This document shows positions 34,222 to 44,529 of a stretch of DNA of 64,000 nucleotides, in pieces. The stretch covers positions 124,001-188,000 of the forward strand of contig JAHDYR010000020.1 in NCBI GenBank assembly GCA_019828565.1, written 5' to 3'. The translations under genes and the position numbers were made by a program. Numbering within the stretch: position 1 is the first letter of the stretch; each line of letters opens with the position of its first letter. The notes below the pieces were generated by a model. It saw nothing but the letters and a program-made list of their open reading frames with translations, ran no database searches and had not been told where the DNA came from. The DNA is from Carpediemonas membranifera BICM. Taxonomy: Eukaryota; Protista; Fornicata.

Positions 34222-34251
34222 TGCTTGCACTGTGCACTCTATGATACTTCA
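34222..34251 (+). repeat. Solo copy of family C terminal 30-mer
   Basis: TGCTTGCACTGTGCACTCTATGATACTTCA identical to 7456-7485. Confidence 0.75.
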
Positions 34252-34425
34252 TCACTTGACATGTTTACGTGTTTACGTGATACATGCGGCATCCGATGAG
34301 TTGTCATTGTAGGTATTCCGTCCAAAGCATCAAACCCATTTTTAGGCCCAATTCTAGCATTTCTCAGTCCATTCTCCTGCCAAAAGATCCACCGAAGAAG
34401 GAGAGATCAATTTATCACAGGCTGC

Positions 34426-35487
34426 TCATATCCAAAGCCCCATCCGGATGTGATAGCTCTTCTTGCCTCCGTGTCCGCCTGGGGCATAGAATGCGGGGCC
34501 GGGGACGCCCTTGGGCTTGTACTCAAACCTCCGCGACCCCGAGACAAAGGCGGCGCTGCTTACGGCCTTGGGCACTGTGGCCGCCGCATCGCTGGCATAC
34601 TGACCAGGGCCTGGCATGCTGTCCTTTCGGGCCATGTTCCTGATTGGTCTGCCAAATCTGTCCAGGTTACCGACCTTGAACACGCGGGACTCTGGTGCGG
34701 GCTTGAAGTCGGCCTGGGCGTTGTTGTCGGACAAAATCCGCTTATGAATCTCCCGCTGCCGCTCAGAGTAGGCTAGAAGCTTGGTGTCCGCAATAAATGG
34801 GTCGACGAGGTCGACCTGGCGCTGAGTGAGTGTGGCGTTCGGGTTCAGCTTGGGCAGCCTGTTATTCTTGCCCAGTCGCTCCTTACTGCTCTGCGCCCTC
34901 GAGTTGAGTGCCGCCCGGCCGGTATAGTAGGTGAGGGGGTCCTCGTTCAACCCCCTCTCACTACGGTCGAACGACTCAGCTATGCCACCGGTGTCGTTTG
35001 CCTTCACTTCGAACTTGGGGCCAGCAAACCTCGGGGCGTGGCTCATAGACGGCGCTGGGGCAGTTCTGGCGAAAGGGGCGGGCACGGAATACTGTCCGGG
35101 GCCCGGGGAAGGCGCTCGAGGCACCTTGTAGCCAACAGTCTTGCCAAACGCCGCGGTCGACACCTTCATCTTCGTCCCTTCAGGCAGCTTCGGGCTATAC
35201 GACGTGGGGCCGGCCCGGTGCCGGGCAGTCCGGGGGATCGAGTGACCGGTGGACTTCGACGCCATCGGGCCGAACCCGCGGTAGCTATATGATACAGATT
35301 CCGTGTTCAGAGCGCTTCTCGGTGGGCTATAATCCGCTGGCGATGGCGCAAAGCTCTTGGTCTCGGAAAATCGCGGTGCGCCACTAAGCATGGGCTTCGG
35401 TCGTGTTTCAAAATCTCTGGCGAAGCGTATTGAAGATGAAATTGCTCCTTTCGTCTTTGCTGTGCCGCCCTTGGAGCGATGATTCAT
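34426..35487 (-). CDS. STPG/ODF3-like SHIPPO-repeat ciliary protein
   Basis: PSPADY, PGPGQY (twice), PGPAFY repeats. Confidence 0.8.
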   Translation of the reverse strand: MNHRSKGGTAKTKGAISSSIRFARDFETRPKPMLSGAPRFSETKSFAPSPADYSPPRSALNTESVSYSYRGFGPMASKSTGHSIPRTARHRAGPTSYSPKLPEGTKMKVSTAAFGKTVGYKVPRAPSPGPGQYSVPAPFARTAPAPSMSHAPRFAGPKFEVKANDTGGIAESFDRSERGLNEDPLTYYTGRAALNSRAQSSKERLGKNNRLPKLNPNATLTQRQVDLVDPFIADTKLLAYSERQREIHKRILSDNNAQADFKPAPESRVFKVGNLDRFGRPIRNMARKDSMPGPGQYASDAAATVPKAVSSAAFVSGSRRFEYKPKGVPGPAFYAPGGHGGKKSYHIRMGLWI

Positions 35488-35700
35488 ATTGAGGAATTCG
35501 GTCGTTGTGGAACGCGCAGATTACGGCACGTCTCCGATAGAGACGCCCAGAGCCCTGTGTCAGCGGATCGTCGTCTGCATCACTCGGGGCAGCTGCAGTT
35601 TTATCGCCGTCTCGTCAAGCTTCACCAAGCGCCGATCCAGGGTTCTATCATGAGTCGGACACCCGGGCCAAAAATGCCTCGATTTACTCCGCGTGTAGCG

Positions 35701-36468
35701 TCATATGACCTGTGCGAGGATATCTGCTAGCAGATCCCGCACTCGCGCCTCGAACCCGTGGTACCCATGGTCGCAGCCCTCGAACAACACCCGAGTGGCC
35801 TCGCACCCGCCCGCACCAATGTACTGAGTCAAGAGATCCGCGTCCTTGTAGGGAATGATCTCGTCGGCGGTGCCATGGACGACAGTGACACACACGGAGG
35901 GGGGTATGGCGCTAATCTGCCGCATGTCGAGACTGACGCGCTCGTCCATCATTGCTTGGGTCACCACTCGATCCACATCACCGAACCGCTTAATGAACTG
36001 CCCGGTTGAGGCGAGCTGGGCCATCTGCTGGGTACTGTACCTGCCCTCGGGCTGCACTGCCATGTCGCCCCGACCGGAGAGCGCCACGACGGCGGGGACT
36101 GAGGCGCGCTGGGCAGCGTGGAGCAGGACCTCGTCCGCGCCCTTGCTGTGGCCTACAACGAGGGTGGGGGCGAGGCCGCGGGCAAGGGCCCAGTTCACCA
36201 CGGAATCAATGGCATCGACTTCGGCCTGGTACCCAAGCGTGAACATGCCAGGACTGTCGCCATTACCGGGCATATCGAAGCGTATAGTGCTGTATCCGGG
36301 AAGATGAGCCGCAAGATAGGCGAGAAAGCGCTGATCCTTGTGTGCCCCAAGGCCGTGTGCGAATATGACGAGCTTTTTGCCGCATTCAATGAACTTGCCT
36401 ACAAGGTGCGCATCATTATGAGGGATGCGGACTATTTCTCCGACGAGTCTGCTATCCTCGAGCTCCAT
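35701..36468 (-). CDS. Alpha/beta hydrolase
   Basis: HG, GHSKG nucleophile, HGTAD, DH catalytic triad. Confidence 0.88.
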   Translation of the reverse strand: MELEDSRLVGEIVRIPHNDAHLVGKFIECGKKLVIFAHGLGAHKDQRFLAYLAAHLPGYSTIRFDMPGNGDSPGMFTLGYQAEVDAIDSVVNWALARGLAPTLVVGHSKGADEVLLHAAQRASVPAVVALSGRGDMAVQPEGRYSTQQMAQLASTGQFIKRFGDVDRVVTQAMMDERVSLDMRQISAIPPSVCVTVVHGTADEIIPYKDADLLTQYIGAGGCEATRVLFEGCDHGYHGFEARVRDLLADILAQVI

Positions 36469-36619
36469 CGACCGTGGCCGAGTCGAAAGCCGAGACACGG
36501 AGCTGGGGTTGATGCCAGCTCAGCGTCGACGCCAGCTCTAGTACAGCTCAGTATCGGTTGGTCGGTGAGGGTCATCAATCTCCCATCCTCACGCCACTCA
36601 GCTAATAAACGAGTTTAAA

Positions 36620-37339
36620 CTACAGCTGTGGGCCACCAAACTTGTGCTGTGAAAGCACATGGTCTAATGCGCCCTCCTCGTACATCTTGATGAGCCTCTC
36701 CGACATGAGCGAGCACTGAACCTCACGGTCGATGCTGTACGCCGCCTCGAACGGGGCCGTCGTCGGCCCGTCCACCCCGGTGCCGGTGGTCAGCGGTACC
36801 GCGTCCTGCACAGTCCGGGCAGACCCGTCGAGGATCTGTTCGCCGGTGACGGGGATATCAACCACACCCGATTGATCTGGGATACCACGAACTCGGCAGT
36901 TCTGGAACCAAATCTTACATTTTTCCACAGAGAGGTCGACAAACTGGGCTATGTTGGCCAGTTGATCCCGACTGGGGTAGTTCTGGACCTTATAACACTT
37001 GATCAAGGCGGAATACTGGGTGGGGCGAAAGGCGCGGCCCCGGGAATTGCGGCTTGTCTTCCCCCCGTCCTTGGTACTTCGGCTTCGCTTCTTCTTAATT
37101 GGACTACACGGATTGTATACCGGATCATCGGCTAAGTTCGCCTCGACGGTCAAATCAGGAAGAATGTGATGCTTTGCGTCAACAGGCGGTGGAGAGACGC
37201 CAATCTTCCCCACACTGATTTCGCTTGTAATTGCTGGAATATCATGTGGAGCCACGATAGGTAGAGAGGCATCCGCGGACATCGCGCGAGCCTGAGGCTT
37301 ATTCCTGGCATAAAATGCGGGATCCGCTCTGGCATGCAT
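36620..37339 (-). CDS. Homeodomain protein
   Basis: F...Q...L...Y....YP......IA....L......IWFQNCR. Confidence 0.85.
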   Translation of the reverse strand: MHARADPAFYARNKPQARAMSADASLPIVAPHDIPAITSEISVGKIGVSPPPVDAKHHILPDLTVEANLADDPVYNPCSPIKKKRSRSTKDGGKTSRNSRGRAFRPTQYSALIKCYKVQNYPSRDQLANIAQFVDLSVEKCKIWFQNCRVRGIPDQSGVVDIPVTGEQILDGSARTVQDAVPLTTGTGVDGPTTAPFEAAYSIDREVQCSLMSERLIKMYEEGALDHVLSQHKFGGPQL

Positions 37340-37968
37340 GATGGCCTCAAAAACGTCAGCGATGGATGCAACGTATCACAGTGAGCGTCATACTTCGTCA
37401 TTTTAATTATTGTGGGTCTCGAGTTATCGTTTTCAAGAGCAGCTCACTGAGACATTGGATGACAATTTTGACTGAAGCCACCGTCAAGGTCAGAAATGAA
37501 GATTGTACTCACTCAGCAAACTTCATATTTACACGCATGCTACCTGTATAGCCGTTGCCAGGGCGCCGACCGCCCCGGTGTTGCCCTTGTGTCACGGGTT
37601 GGATCATCCGAGAAAGAGGGGAGGTCGGCGAGTGCTGGTCATTCTGAACCATGTCAGTATAAATTATTCAACCCAATCCTTTTCATGCGTCACCTTCATT
37701 GCCATTGCCTGATCGTCATCATGGGTGGACATGAACACCCGCATTCTGGCAACATCGCCAAGTGATACACGTAGTGAACCATCATGAGTTATGCGGCATA
37801 TTTTATGGTAGTTTATTATGACTCCACGGTCGACCCTCGGACCAGACCAGACGGGCGGATGCTGTCTGCGGCACCAACGGCATCGATTGTTCTGAGACTA
37901 GGCAATTGCTGAAACCTAACAATGCGCTCTCCAGAGCTAGCGTTGCTCTATTTATGTCAATAAGTTCC

Positions 37969-38658
37969 TTAGAGGTCATCCTCCTTGATGTACCGGTTGC
38001 CCTCACTCTGCCGGCCGTAGTAGATATATCGGCACTTTCCCACAGTTGTCGTGACCTTTGGCGTCTTCATGGGGGAGTCTGGGATCTCCTCGACCTTGAT
38101 CCGGTTCTTCTGGCTCGCGAGGACCGACCTTCTCGTGCTCATCCGGATGTGTCGGACTTGCATGGCGTCCGTAGTCTCACTCTGAGTCACGGCAGAGAAG
38201 TCAATGTGCTTGAGGGTCGGGACCTCGCTGATGAGTCTGTATCTAAACTGCTGGTATTGGTCGGTCACGGCAGACGCCGTGAAGATGTTGGGGATGCCTG
38301 GGTTCTTCAGAACAGAGAGGTGGGCGAGCGAGGGGAAGCCTTGGGCGAGGGCTGTGATGAATATGGCCATGTCTCTGATCTTGTTCTGGTTCAAGGAGAG
38401 GTAGGTGACAGAAGGAAGCTCAGGGAAGCAGCCCTTCTCCCCGATAATGGCGTTATCGTCGAGGTTCACGGTGTGAGCACAGATAAATTGCTCTAGGCCG
38501 TGCAGATTGCTGAGCATGTTGTGTGAAAGGTCCACCACGGAGTACTTCTCGGGGTTTTCTACTGTGGGGATTTCGGTAAGAGATTTCCCGCTCAAATCAA
38601 ACGTGATACTGTGAGCAATTGGTGATCTTGGTACTGTCGGTGATTTTGGTGCCACCAT
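37969..38658 (-). CDS. LRMDA (C10orf11)-like leucine-rich repeat protein
   Basis: LRRs plus C-terminal GKCRYIYYGRQSEGNRYI. Confidence 0.8.
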   Translation of the reverse strand: MVAPKSPTVPRSPIAHSITFDLSGKSLTEIPTVENPEKYSVVDLSHNMLSNLHGLEQFICAHTVNLDDNAIIGEKGCFPELPSVTYLSLNQNKIRDMAIFITALAQGFPSLAHLSVLKNPGIPNIFTASAVTDQYQQFRYRLISEVPTLKHIDFSAVTQSETTDAMQVRHIRMSTRRSVLASQKNRIKVEEIPDSPMKTPKVTTTVGKCRYIYYGRQSEGNRYIKEDDL

Positions 38659-38679
38659 TATACAGAAATCTTGATGTCG

Positions 38680-38910
38680 GCCGATTGTCTCGGGCAGTTT
38701 AGTGCAGGCGCCGATGGCTTCATCGCTGGGCAGTCACTGAACTTCCTCAAGAAGATCGCTGCAATGGCGGGCTTCTCGTCGCGCTATCTGCCCCAGTCGC
38801 TGAGTCGCTGGGACATCCACCGACTCAAATTCGACATCGCCGTCACACTCGCTGAGGGTAACTGCCGGGTCTACAACGCCTCCAAGGGGGCGACTGACCC
38901 CTCCTTTTAA
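38680..38910 (+). mobile_element. 5'-truncated fragment of an RLE (CRE/SLACS-like) non-LTR retrotransposon C-terminus
   Basis: FSAGADG....SLNFLKKIA...RLKFDIAVTLAEGN resembles the CRE-type C-terminal pattern (G...flk.la...lsvalqrGN). Confidence 0.5.
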
Positions 38911-39116
38911 CCCTCTTCGATTTGAAGAGATTGCCGGGCGCTGTGTACAGTGGCGAGATGCAGTGCGCGTGTGTGAGAGTGTGCAGGTGTGAGACGTGAG
39001 TATCGGACCCCGGTGCGCTGCTGATTGGCTCGACTTTGGCGAGGCTGATTCATCGAGACGAGACCAAGGGTCAGGGTGATGGTTATAAAGATGTTTGTTT
39101 AGTGCAGAAAAACACA

Positions 39117-39240
39117 TGTGCGTGTATTGAATGGTCGGACAAAGTGTCTTATTCTGCGACAACACGTGCCCTGTCTCCCTCCTACCCAGTCTACTCTTAT
39201 GTCGGCAGGGGTGCTGTCTTCTTCAGAGACACCACAAAAC
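39117..39240 (+). mobile_element. Diverged left end of a family A-like element (48-bp repeat plus pyrimidine tract)
   Basis: TGTGCGTGTATTGAATGGTCGGACAAAGTGTCTTATTCTGCGACAACA followed by TGCCCTGTCTCCCTCCTAC, as at 24944. Confidence 0.7.
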
Positions 39241-39289
39241 GAGCTATCTGGCAAACGGCAAGACTAGAGCCATTCACCATCACCCCCAT

Positions 39290-39868
39290 TCACACACCAT
39301 CTCTCTCCGTAAGCACTAGGGCGAATGCCGCGATGACCGCGACTTTATCGCTCACGCCCAGGGCACCCCTCCAGCACCACGCGAACCAGCGCACGTCAGG
39401 GTCGTCTCGTCTCATCATTGCCGCCCTTAGTCTGGACGGGTTGAGCTTCAGGCTACTGGGCGCGATGCTCCTCGCAAGGGATTCGACGCGGTCTATCTCG
39501 GCAGGAGTCAGCCGCGTCGCCTCGAACCTCGACCCGCTTGCCAGCATCGTTGCACGCAAGCTGAGGTGAGCCTGCACTTCGCGGTCATCAGGGGTGAGTT
39601 GGACGGCTGTCTCCAGCGAGTCGGCTGTGTTGGCGAGCTCGTCGTCGGGGGAAGGGGAGCGTGTGAAGCGGAGGCTCTGCCTTGGCAGGGGTGGAGGTGG
39701 CGTCAGGGACTCGGGAACCTCGGGCTCGGGCTCCGAGGGTTCGTGGGGCTTGGTGTGAGGGGATTTGGGTGCAGCTGGAGCTCTGATAGGGGATATATGC
39801 TCCTCTATTGGGATCAAATCCTCAATTTCAGCCACGATATGCTGGTATACATTGTGGTAGTGGAACAT
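39290..39868 (-). CDS. Hypothetical protein with Pro-rich linker
   Basis: ORF from MFHYHN. Confidence 0.5.
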   Translation of the reverse strand: MFHYHNVYQHIVAEIEDLIPIEEHISPIRAPAAPKSPHTKPHEPSEPEPEVPESLTPPPPLPRQSLRFTRSPSPDDELANTADSLETAVQLTPDDREVQAHLSLRATMLASGSRFEATRLTPAEIDRVESLARSIAPSSLKLNPSRLRAAMMRRDDPDVRWFAWCWRGALGVSDKVAVIAAFALVLTERDGV

Positions 39869-40269
39869 GCGGCTGTGTGATAACGAGGAGGGCGATAACT
39901 CACTAACGGACAAGCCAGCCACGGGCAAAGCGCTGGAGCGTAACTGCAGCGCGATATTTCTCCCCAGTATAATCGATATCGCGGCGAACACCCGTCCTTC
40001 GGCCGGCAATGCTCGCGGTCATTTGTGCCGACTCGATGGTGTAGTCAACCGACCCGACCCACATCACTGACAGGGGGCTGCATTGCGTACGATGTGCAAA
40101 CGACGTAGCTTAAGCCAGATTCTTTGCTCCATGGTTTGCTTTCCGTCGGGTTGTCAAACAAACAACCAAGCGGTCCTCCTCCCTCAGAATGGGCCCAGCA
40201 ACCACGCATTCATCTTCTTGACTTAATAAACGATAGCTTGGTGCTTGAAAGATAGTCACGATTTACCAC

Positions 40270-40671
40270 TTACTGCTTGGTGCGCTTAGCCTTCTTGAGC
40301 TCCGCCATCGCAGCCTTGCGAGCATCGGCGGAAAGAGAGGTGGTGCGGCGCTTAGCAGCGAGGTCCTTGGAGTCGAGGCCAGAGTAGCCACGGACAACAA
40401 CGTTGGACTTGACAGAGCGCTGGTGGCGACGGCGAGTGGTGATCTCAACGTCCTTCTTGAGGGCGCGGCGGTAGGCAGCAGTCCAGCAGATCTTGCGGGG
40501 AGCCCACTTGTTCTGGAAATGAACAGCAGCCTTCCGGTTGAGGAAGGTGAAAGAACGACCGTCGAGGCGGACGTACTTCTGACCGCGACCGGGATGGATC
40601 TTGATGCCAGAGTAGCTGCAGATCTCGTGACGGACCTATATAAGCTGAAAACGTGCTGGTTAACATGCCAT
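40270..40671 (-). CDS. RPL24: 60S ribosomal protein L24; GC-AG intron 40636-40668
   Basis: Spliced MVRHEICSYSGIKIHPGRG...FLNRKA...WAPRKICWT. Confidence 0.9.
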
Positions 40672-40800
40672 TGGGGTATTCAAGCGCTCTTCTTTTTTTC
40701 AGAAAAAAATGATCACATCATTCCTTCGCGGCCTTGTTTCCCGCAACCACGCATGCCTAATGATTTAATTAGCCACTCCAGCCAACTGAGCTCCTCTATA

Positions 40801-41404
40801 TTACAACCTCCGCATCATCTTTTTGTCCTTCTTGGGCTGAGCGGGTTTTGACCCTTCTTTCGCATGGACATTACTAGGTAAGCAAGGTCACGACAACAAC
40901 GTACGTCCACATTTTCGCCCGACTGACGTACTCCTCGTAGTCCTCCATCTCCAGTTTGGCGGCCTCATCGTTGAGCGCAGACTCGGGGAAGGGCTCGAGC
41001 AAGAGGCAGCGGATGATCATCAGCACATGCCGAAGGGTGGTGTCTGGGGTCCAGTCCCTCTTCAAGACCTGAGTGAGGCGGCTGCAGTGGACATACGTTG
41101 ACGCAGATCTCCCCATCGACGCTGATGTTGGGGTGAAACACCTTGGTCATGAACCGGCCGAGGGGCGGCGAGTTGGGGTAATCGGAAGGGAACCGGAATC
41201 TTGGTGAGAGGCGCAGTGGGGAACATACTTCACGAGGAACTTGCCTCCTTCGAACGGGGACGCCTCTGGGCCCTCCAACGTGGCGGTGACGTCCTGGATG
41301 TTGGTTTCGTTTACCGCAATCGTCCAGCCAGTTGGCTGATCATTAACCATGTCTTTCAGCTGCGCCATGATTTGCTTCATGGCTGAAATGGAGAGATCAC
41401 TCAT
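40801..41404 (-). CDS. UBE2S: Ubiquitin-conjugating enzyme E2 S-like; introns 41200-41228, 41069-41096, 40874-40904
   Basis: [29 protein letters not shown]-terminal KKMMRRL. Confidence 0.88.
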
Positions 41405-41632
41405 TGTTGGTTGTGTCGAAAAATGCTGAACTTTTCGCGAGCATGTCACGAAGCTCAGCTTGGCACTGTGACACTAACCAACATTATCTGCATTATCGAG
41501 TATTTTTGTAGTGACTGACCTTTGAAAGTCTTTAGGAATGGGCAGGTCGACCCCGGGTCTCAAATGCTCCACTCACCCCACACCATAACCGATTTAGAAC
41601 AAAATGGACAAGTACGGACCGCTTGGCAGCAT

Positions 41633-41950
41633 TCATTGGTCGTTCATGGCCTGTACAGCGATGAACTGGTAGCCCGCCTCGGGGATGGCAATGATCTCGT
41701 GCTTCTGCGACCGAATGCGGACAAAACGAAGATCGTTTGTGGGATCAATGTCACGAACAGACGCACGGCTCATGGAAGTGAACTGGGAGACGAGAGTAGC
41801 GTATTTGCTGCTGAGCTCCTGATCCTCGAAGGTTGTGCGCACGACATCGCCATCATTTGAAAGGATTACGACACCAAGAACGCCGGGTTGCGCCGAAATA
41901 CGAGAAAGAGTTGCCTCGACTTCGTTTGTAGCCTGTTTCTCCCCGCTCAT
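41633..41950 (-). CDS. DYNLRB: Dynein light chain roadblock
   Basis: EVEATLSRI...GV...VRDIDPTNDLRFVRIRSQKHEI. Confidence 0.93.
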   Translation of the reverse strand: MSGEKQATNEVEATLSRISAQPGVLGVVILSNDGDVVRTTFEDQELSSKYATLVSQFTSMSRASVRDIDPTNDLRFVRIRSQKHEIIAIPEAGYQFIAVQAMNDQ

Positions 41951-42106
41951 GATCAGGAACGAAGGCCAAGAATTATCTGAGCGCATAACCTGCACCTTGC
42001 CGCAGTCTGCCGCCTGACAGTCTGACTGCGGCGACCAGTGGGCCTACTGATCGAGGGCTACTCTAATCTACAAACATTTAGTCCGGCGCCACCCCTCTAC
42101 TCTAAT

Positions 42107-44284
42107 CTAATAGTTAGTTGCCAGCGTTCTCCTCGAGATGCTGGTAATCGCCGTGTTACCGACAGTCTTGCTCGCCCTAGCCGGCGACGTCGCCTCCGTC
42201 TCACAAGCATCTGGGTTGACGTCACTCCGAGTGTTGGGGCTGCCGCACGTGTCTGTACCGCATACCGCAACAGCGAGGGCAAACTCGCGGGACGGGCGCA
42301 AGACAACCGCTGAATCCACCACCCCGTACGCATTGGGGCACTTCGTGGGCGGGATGACGGTGCCACTCTTCATGTACGACACGACGTTCGCCATGTCCGC
42401 CTTGGCCGTCCGCTCTCGACCGGCATCCGGGTCGAAGTCGAGACCAGCAATCGCCAGGTCTTGTAGAGTCCGCAGCATCTTGATCGAGAGGGCCATGTCG
42501 TCGTCGTTCGGCGTGTACCGCTCCTCGAACAGGAGTCGGCGCAGTCTGGCCCGCTCGGGGAACTGGGTGGGCTTCTTCCGCTCCCGCTTGCTCTCGGAGC
42601 TGCTGTCCATGGAGAAGAAGCGGAGGGCGTCTTCGGGCACAATCATGCCTGGCCAGAGCGTGTGGTCATCGACGTCATAAACTGCACATTTCAACGCCCA
42701 GGCGGCACGTTCGGCCCTCTTCTTTTCGGCGGGGTTGAAACCATCCTGGGCGGTGCTCTGGGCGATCGACCTGGGCCGGATCATGCCCGTCAGAGGGGCG
42801 GCCTCGACCGCGTCCTGCCAGCCGCCAGACGCGGACATGCCCGCGCTGAGGATGGCAGGTACGGTGTTGCTGACGCCCTTCGGGGTGGGTACAAAGAGAG
42901 CAAGGGCGTTGACCACGGTTTGCACGGCGTTCTCGTCCGCCCCAACGACGACAGTCGAGTGTCCGATCATCAGGCCGCAGACGACAGAGGCGACCACGGT
43001 CTGCCACACGGACTTGTCGGGCCCGCAGTGCTGCCAGAAGGCCATGAGCCGCGAAAGCCCGTTCCCCGGGAGTGCCAGGGCGGGGTCCAGCTGCGGGGCC
43101 CGGCGGACCGCCCTCTTGCGGCGACCCAGGTTGGGGAGGGACCAGCCCTTCTGACTCTTACGCCCGCCCCCGTCACTCGGCGTGGCGGAGGTCGACCCCG
43201 CGGTCTTGTGGGACAGAGTGGTGTGGGTGTCGGCGCACGGGTCGTCGGCCCACACTGCTGCGGCGTCAATCACTGAGCTGAACACCCGCTCGGTGCCCAT
43301 GGCGTGGCACAGTCGCCGGTCCATGTCCCGGATCATATGGAACGTCAGCGGCGGGGCCAGCTCGGCGTGAACGGCCTCAATCTCACGACGGGTCTCCTCC
43401 TCCGTGCTTCTGAACAGGTCGGTGACGTCTCTGACCTCGGACCTGGAGGTGTTGTAGAACTCGCTGTGGTGGACGAAGGCCCGGTCCCCGGACTGGCCCG
43501 TCATCTGCCGCTCCAGCATGCGTCGGTCGGTGTGGCCGTCAGAACGGGACAGGATAAACTCAGTCAGGGCCTCGTACTGCGCAAGGGCGTTCTCGACGTC
43601 CTTGATAAATTTGAGAGGCGACTGACGGCAGCAGACGTCTAGTGCCTCGTCGGGCTGGCCGGCGTCCCTCAGCGCCTTCTGTGGGATCGGTCTAGTCAGG
43701 TCTGGGGGCTCGGGGAGGGCCTTGAGCGCCTCCACGGTCTCCTGCATGACGGCGAGAGTGGCTCGAAGTCTGGGGCGGTGGTTGTTCTCGTCCGAGATGA
43801 ACTGTGCTTCCGAACCGCGACAGATGATACCGGCGAGCGCCTTGAACTTTGTGGCGAGGAAGTCGTAGTTGTGCAGCAGCTTATTCATCTCAGTGGTAAT
43901 GTAGGCGAGGGCCATGCGACGGATGTTGCCGCGGCCCTGGAAGTCGTAGATCTGGAAGTGGTAGTAGAAGACGTAGTGGCCGCTGGGAAGGGACTGCACC
44001 ATCATATAGTCCGGGTCCAGGGCGTCCTTGTACGTCTTGCCCTTGTATGGGAACTCCCGCGGCGCACCACAGTCTACGTTGATGTTGGACATGCCAAGGC
44101 ACATAGCTTGGATGTTGATCGACAGTTCGATCTCGCTGGAGGGGATCTGGAAGCTGGAGACTGAAAGCGGGCCTTGTCTCTCATCAAACGTCGTAAGCAC
44201 GATGATGTCCTCGTTATCGCGGATAGGACGATCACAGAAGTCGTCTGAGCTGTTTTTGACGGCAGGGCTTCCATCCACTGCCAT
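42107..44284 (-). CDS. SMCR8/folliculin-like longin-DENN protein
   Basis: FDERQGP and YHFQIYDFQGRGNIRRMALAYIT resemble the SMCR8 longin domain. Confidence 0.65.
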   Translation of the reverse strand: MAVDGSPAVKNSSDDFCDRPIRDNEDIIVLTTFDERQGPLSVSSFQIPSSEIELSINIQAMCLGMSNINVDCGAPREFPYKGKTYKDALDPDYMMVQSLPSGHYVFYYHFQIYDFQGRGNIRRMALAYITTEMNKLLHNYDFLATKFKALAGIICRGSEAQFISDENNHRPRLRATLAVMQETVEALKALPEPPDLTRPIPQKALRDAGQPDEALDVCCRQSPLKFIKDVENALAQYEALTEFILSRSDGHTDRRMLERQMTGQSGDRAFVHHSEFYNTSRSEVRDVTDLFRSTEEETRREIEAVHAELAPPLTFHMIRDMDRRLCHAMGTERVFSSVIDAAAVWADDPCADTHTTLSHKTAGSTSATPSDGGGRKSQKGWSLPNLGRRKRAVRRAPQLDPALALPGNGLSRLMAFWQHCGPDKSVWQTVVASVVCGLMIGHSTVVVGADENAVQTVVNALALFVPTPKGVSNTVPAILSAGMSASGGWQDAVEAAPLTGMIRPRSIAQSTAQDGFNPAEKKRAERAAWALKCAVYDVDDHTLWPGMIVPEDALRFFSMDSSSESKRERKKPTQFPERARLRRLLFEERYTPNDDDMALSIKMLRTLQDLAIAGLDFDPDAGRERTAKADMANVVSYMKSGTVIPPTKCPNAYGVVDSAVVLRPSREFALAVAVCGTDTCGSPNTRSDVNPDACETEATSPARASKTVGNTAITSISRRTLATNY

Positions 44285-44529
44285 CGGGTGTTCGTCTTTA
44301 GTCGACTTCGAGCTCTAAACTGCACCAATCAGGGAGAATGCAAGGTGCACCCGGGCGCCTACGGAGACTGTTGGTGCCACTCTAACATCCTTTTAGTCAT
44401 CGCCCAACCGAAGTTTGGCCCAATCCCGTGGGTGACAGGTTTATTACACACTGGACCCCAGAGTCTGCGGCGTCCGACCAGCCTCAGTCTGAATAGTTCT
44501 ACTCGTACATCTACCCAACTCGATCCTAA

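Noticed and set aside
41489-41528. Further solo repeat in the opposite orientation
   Set aside because: Similarity too degenerate and no TSD; mentioned only as possible
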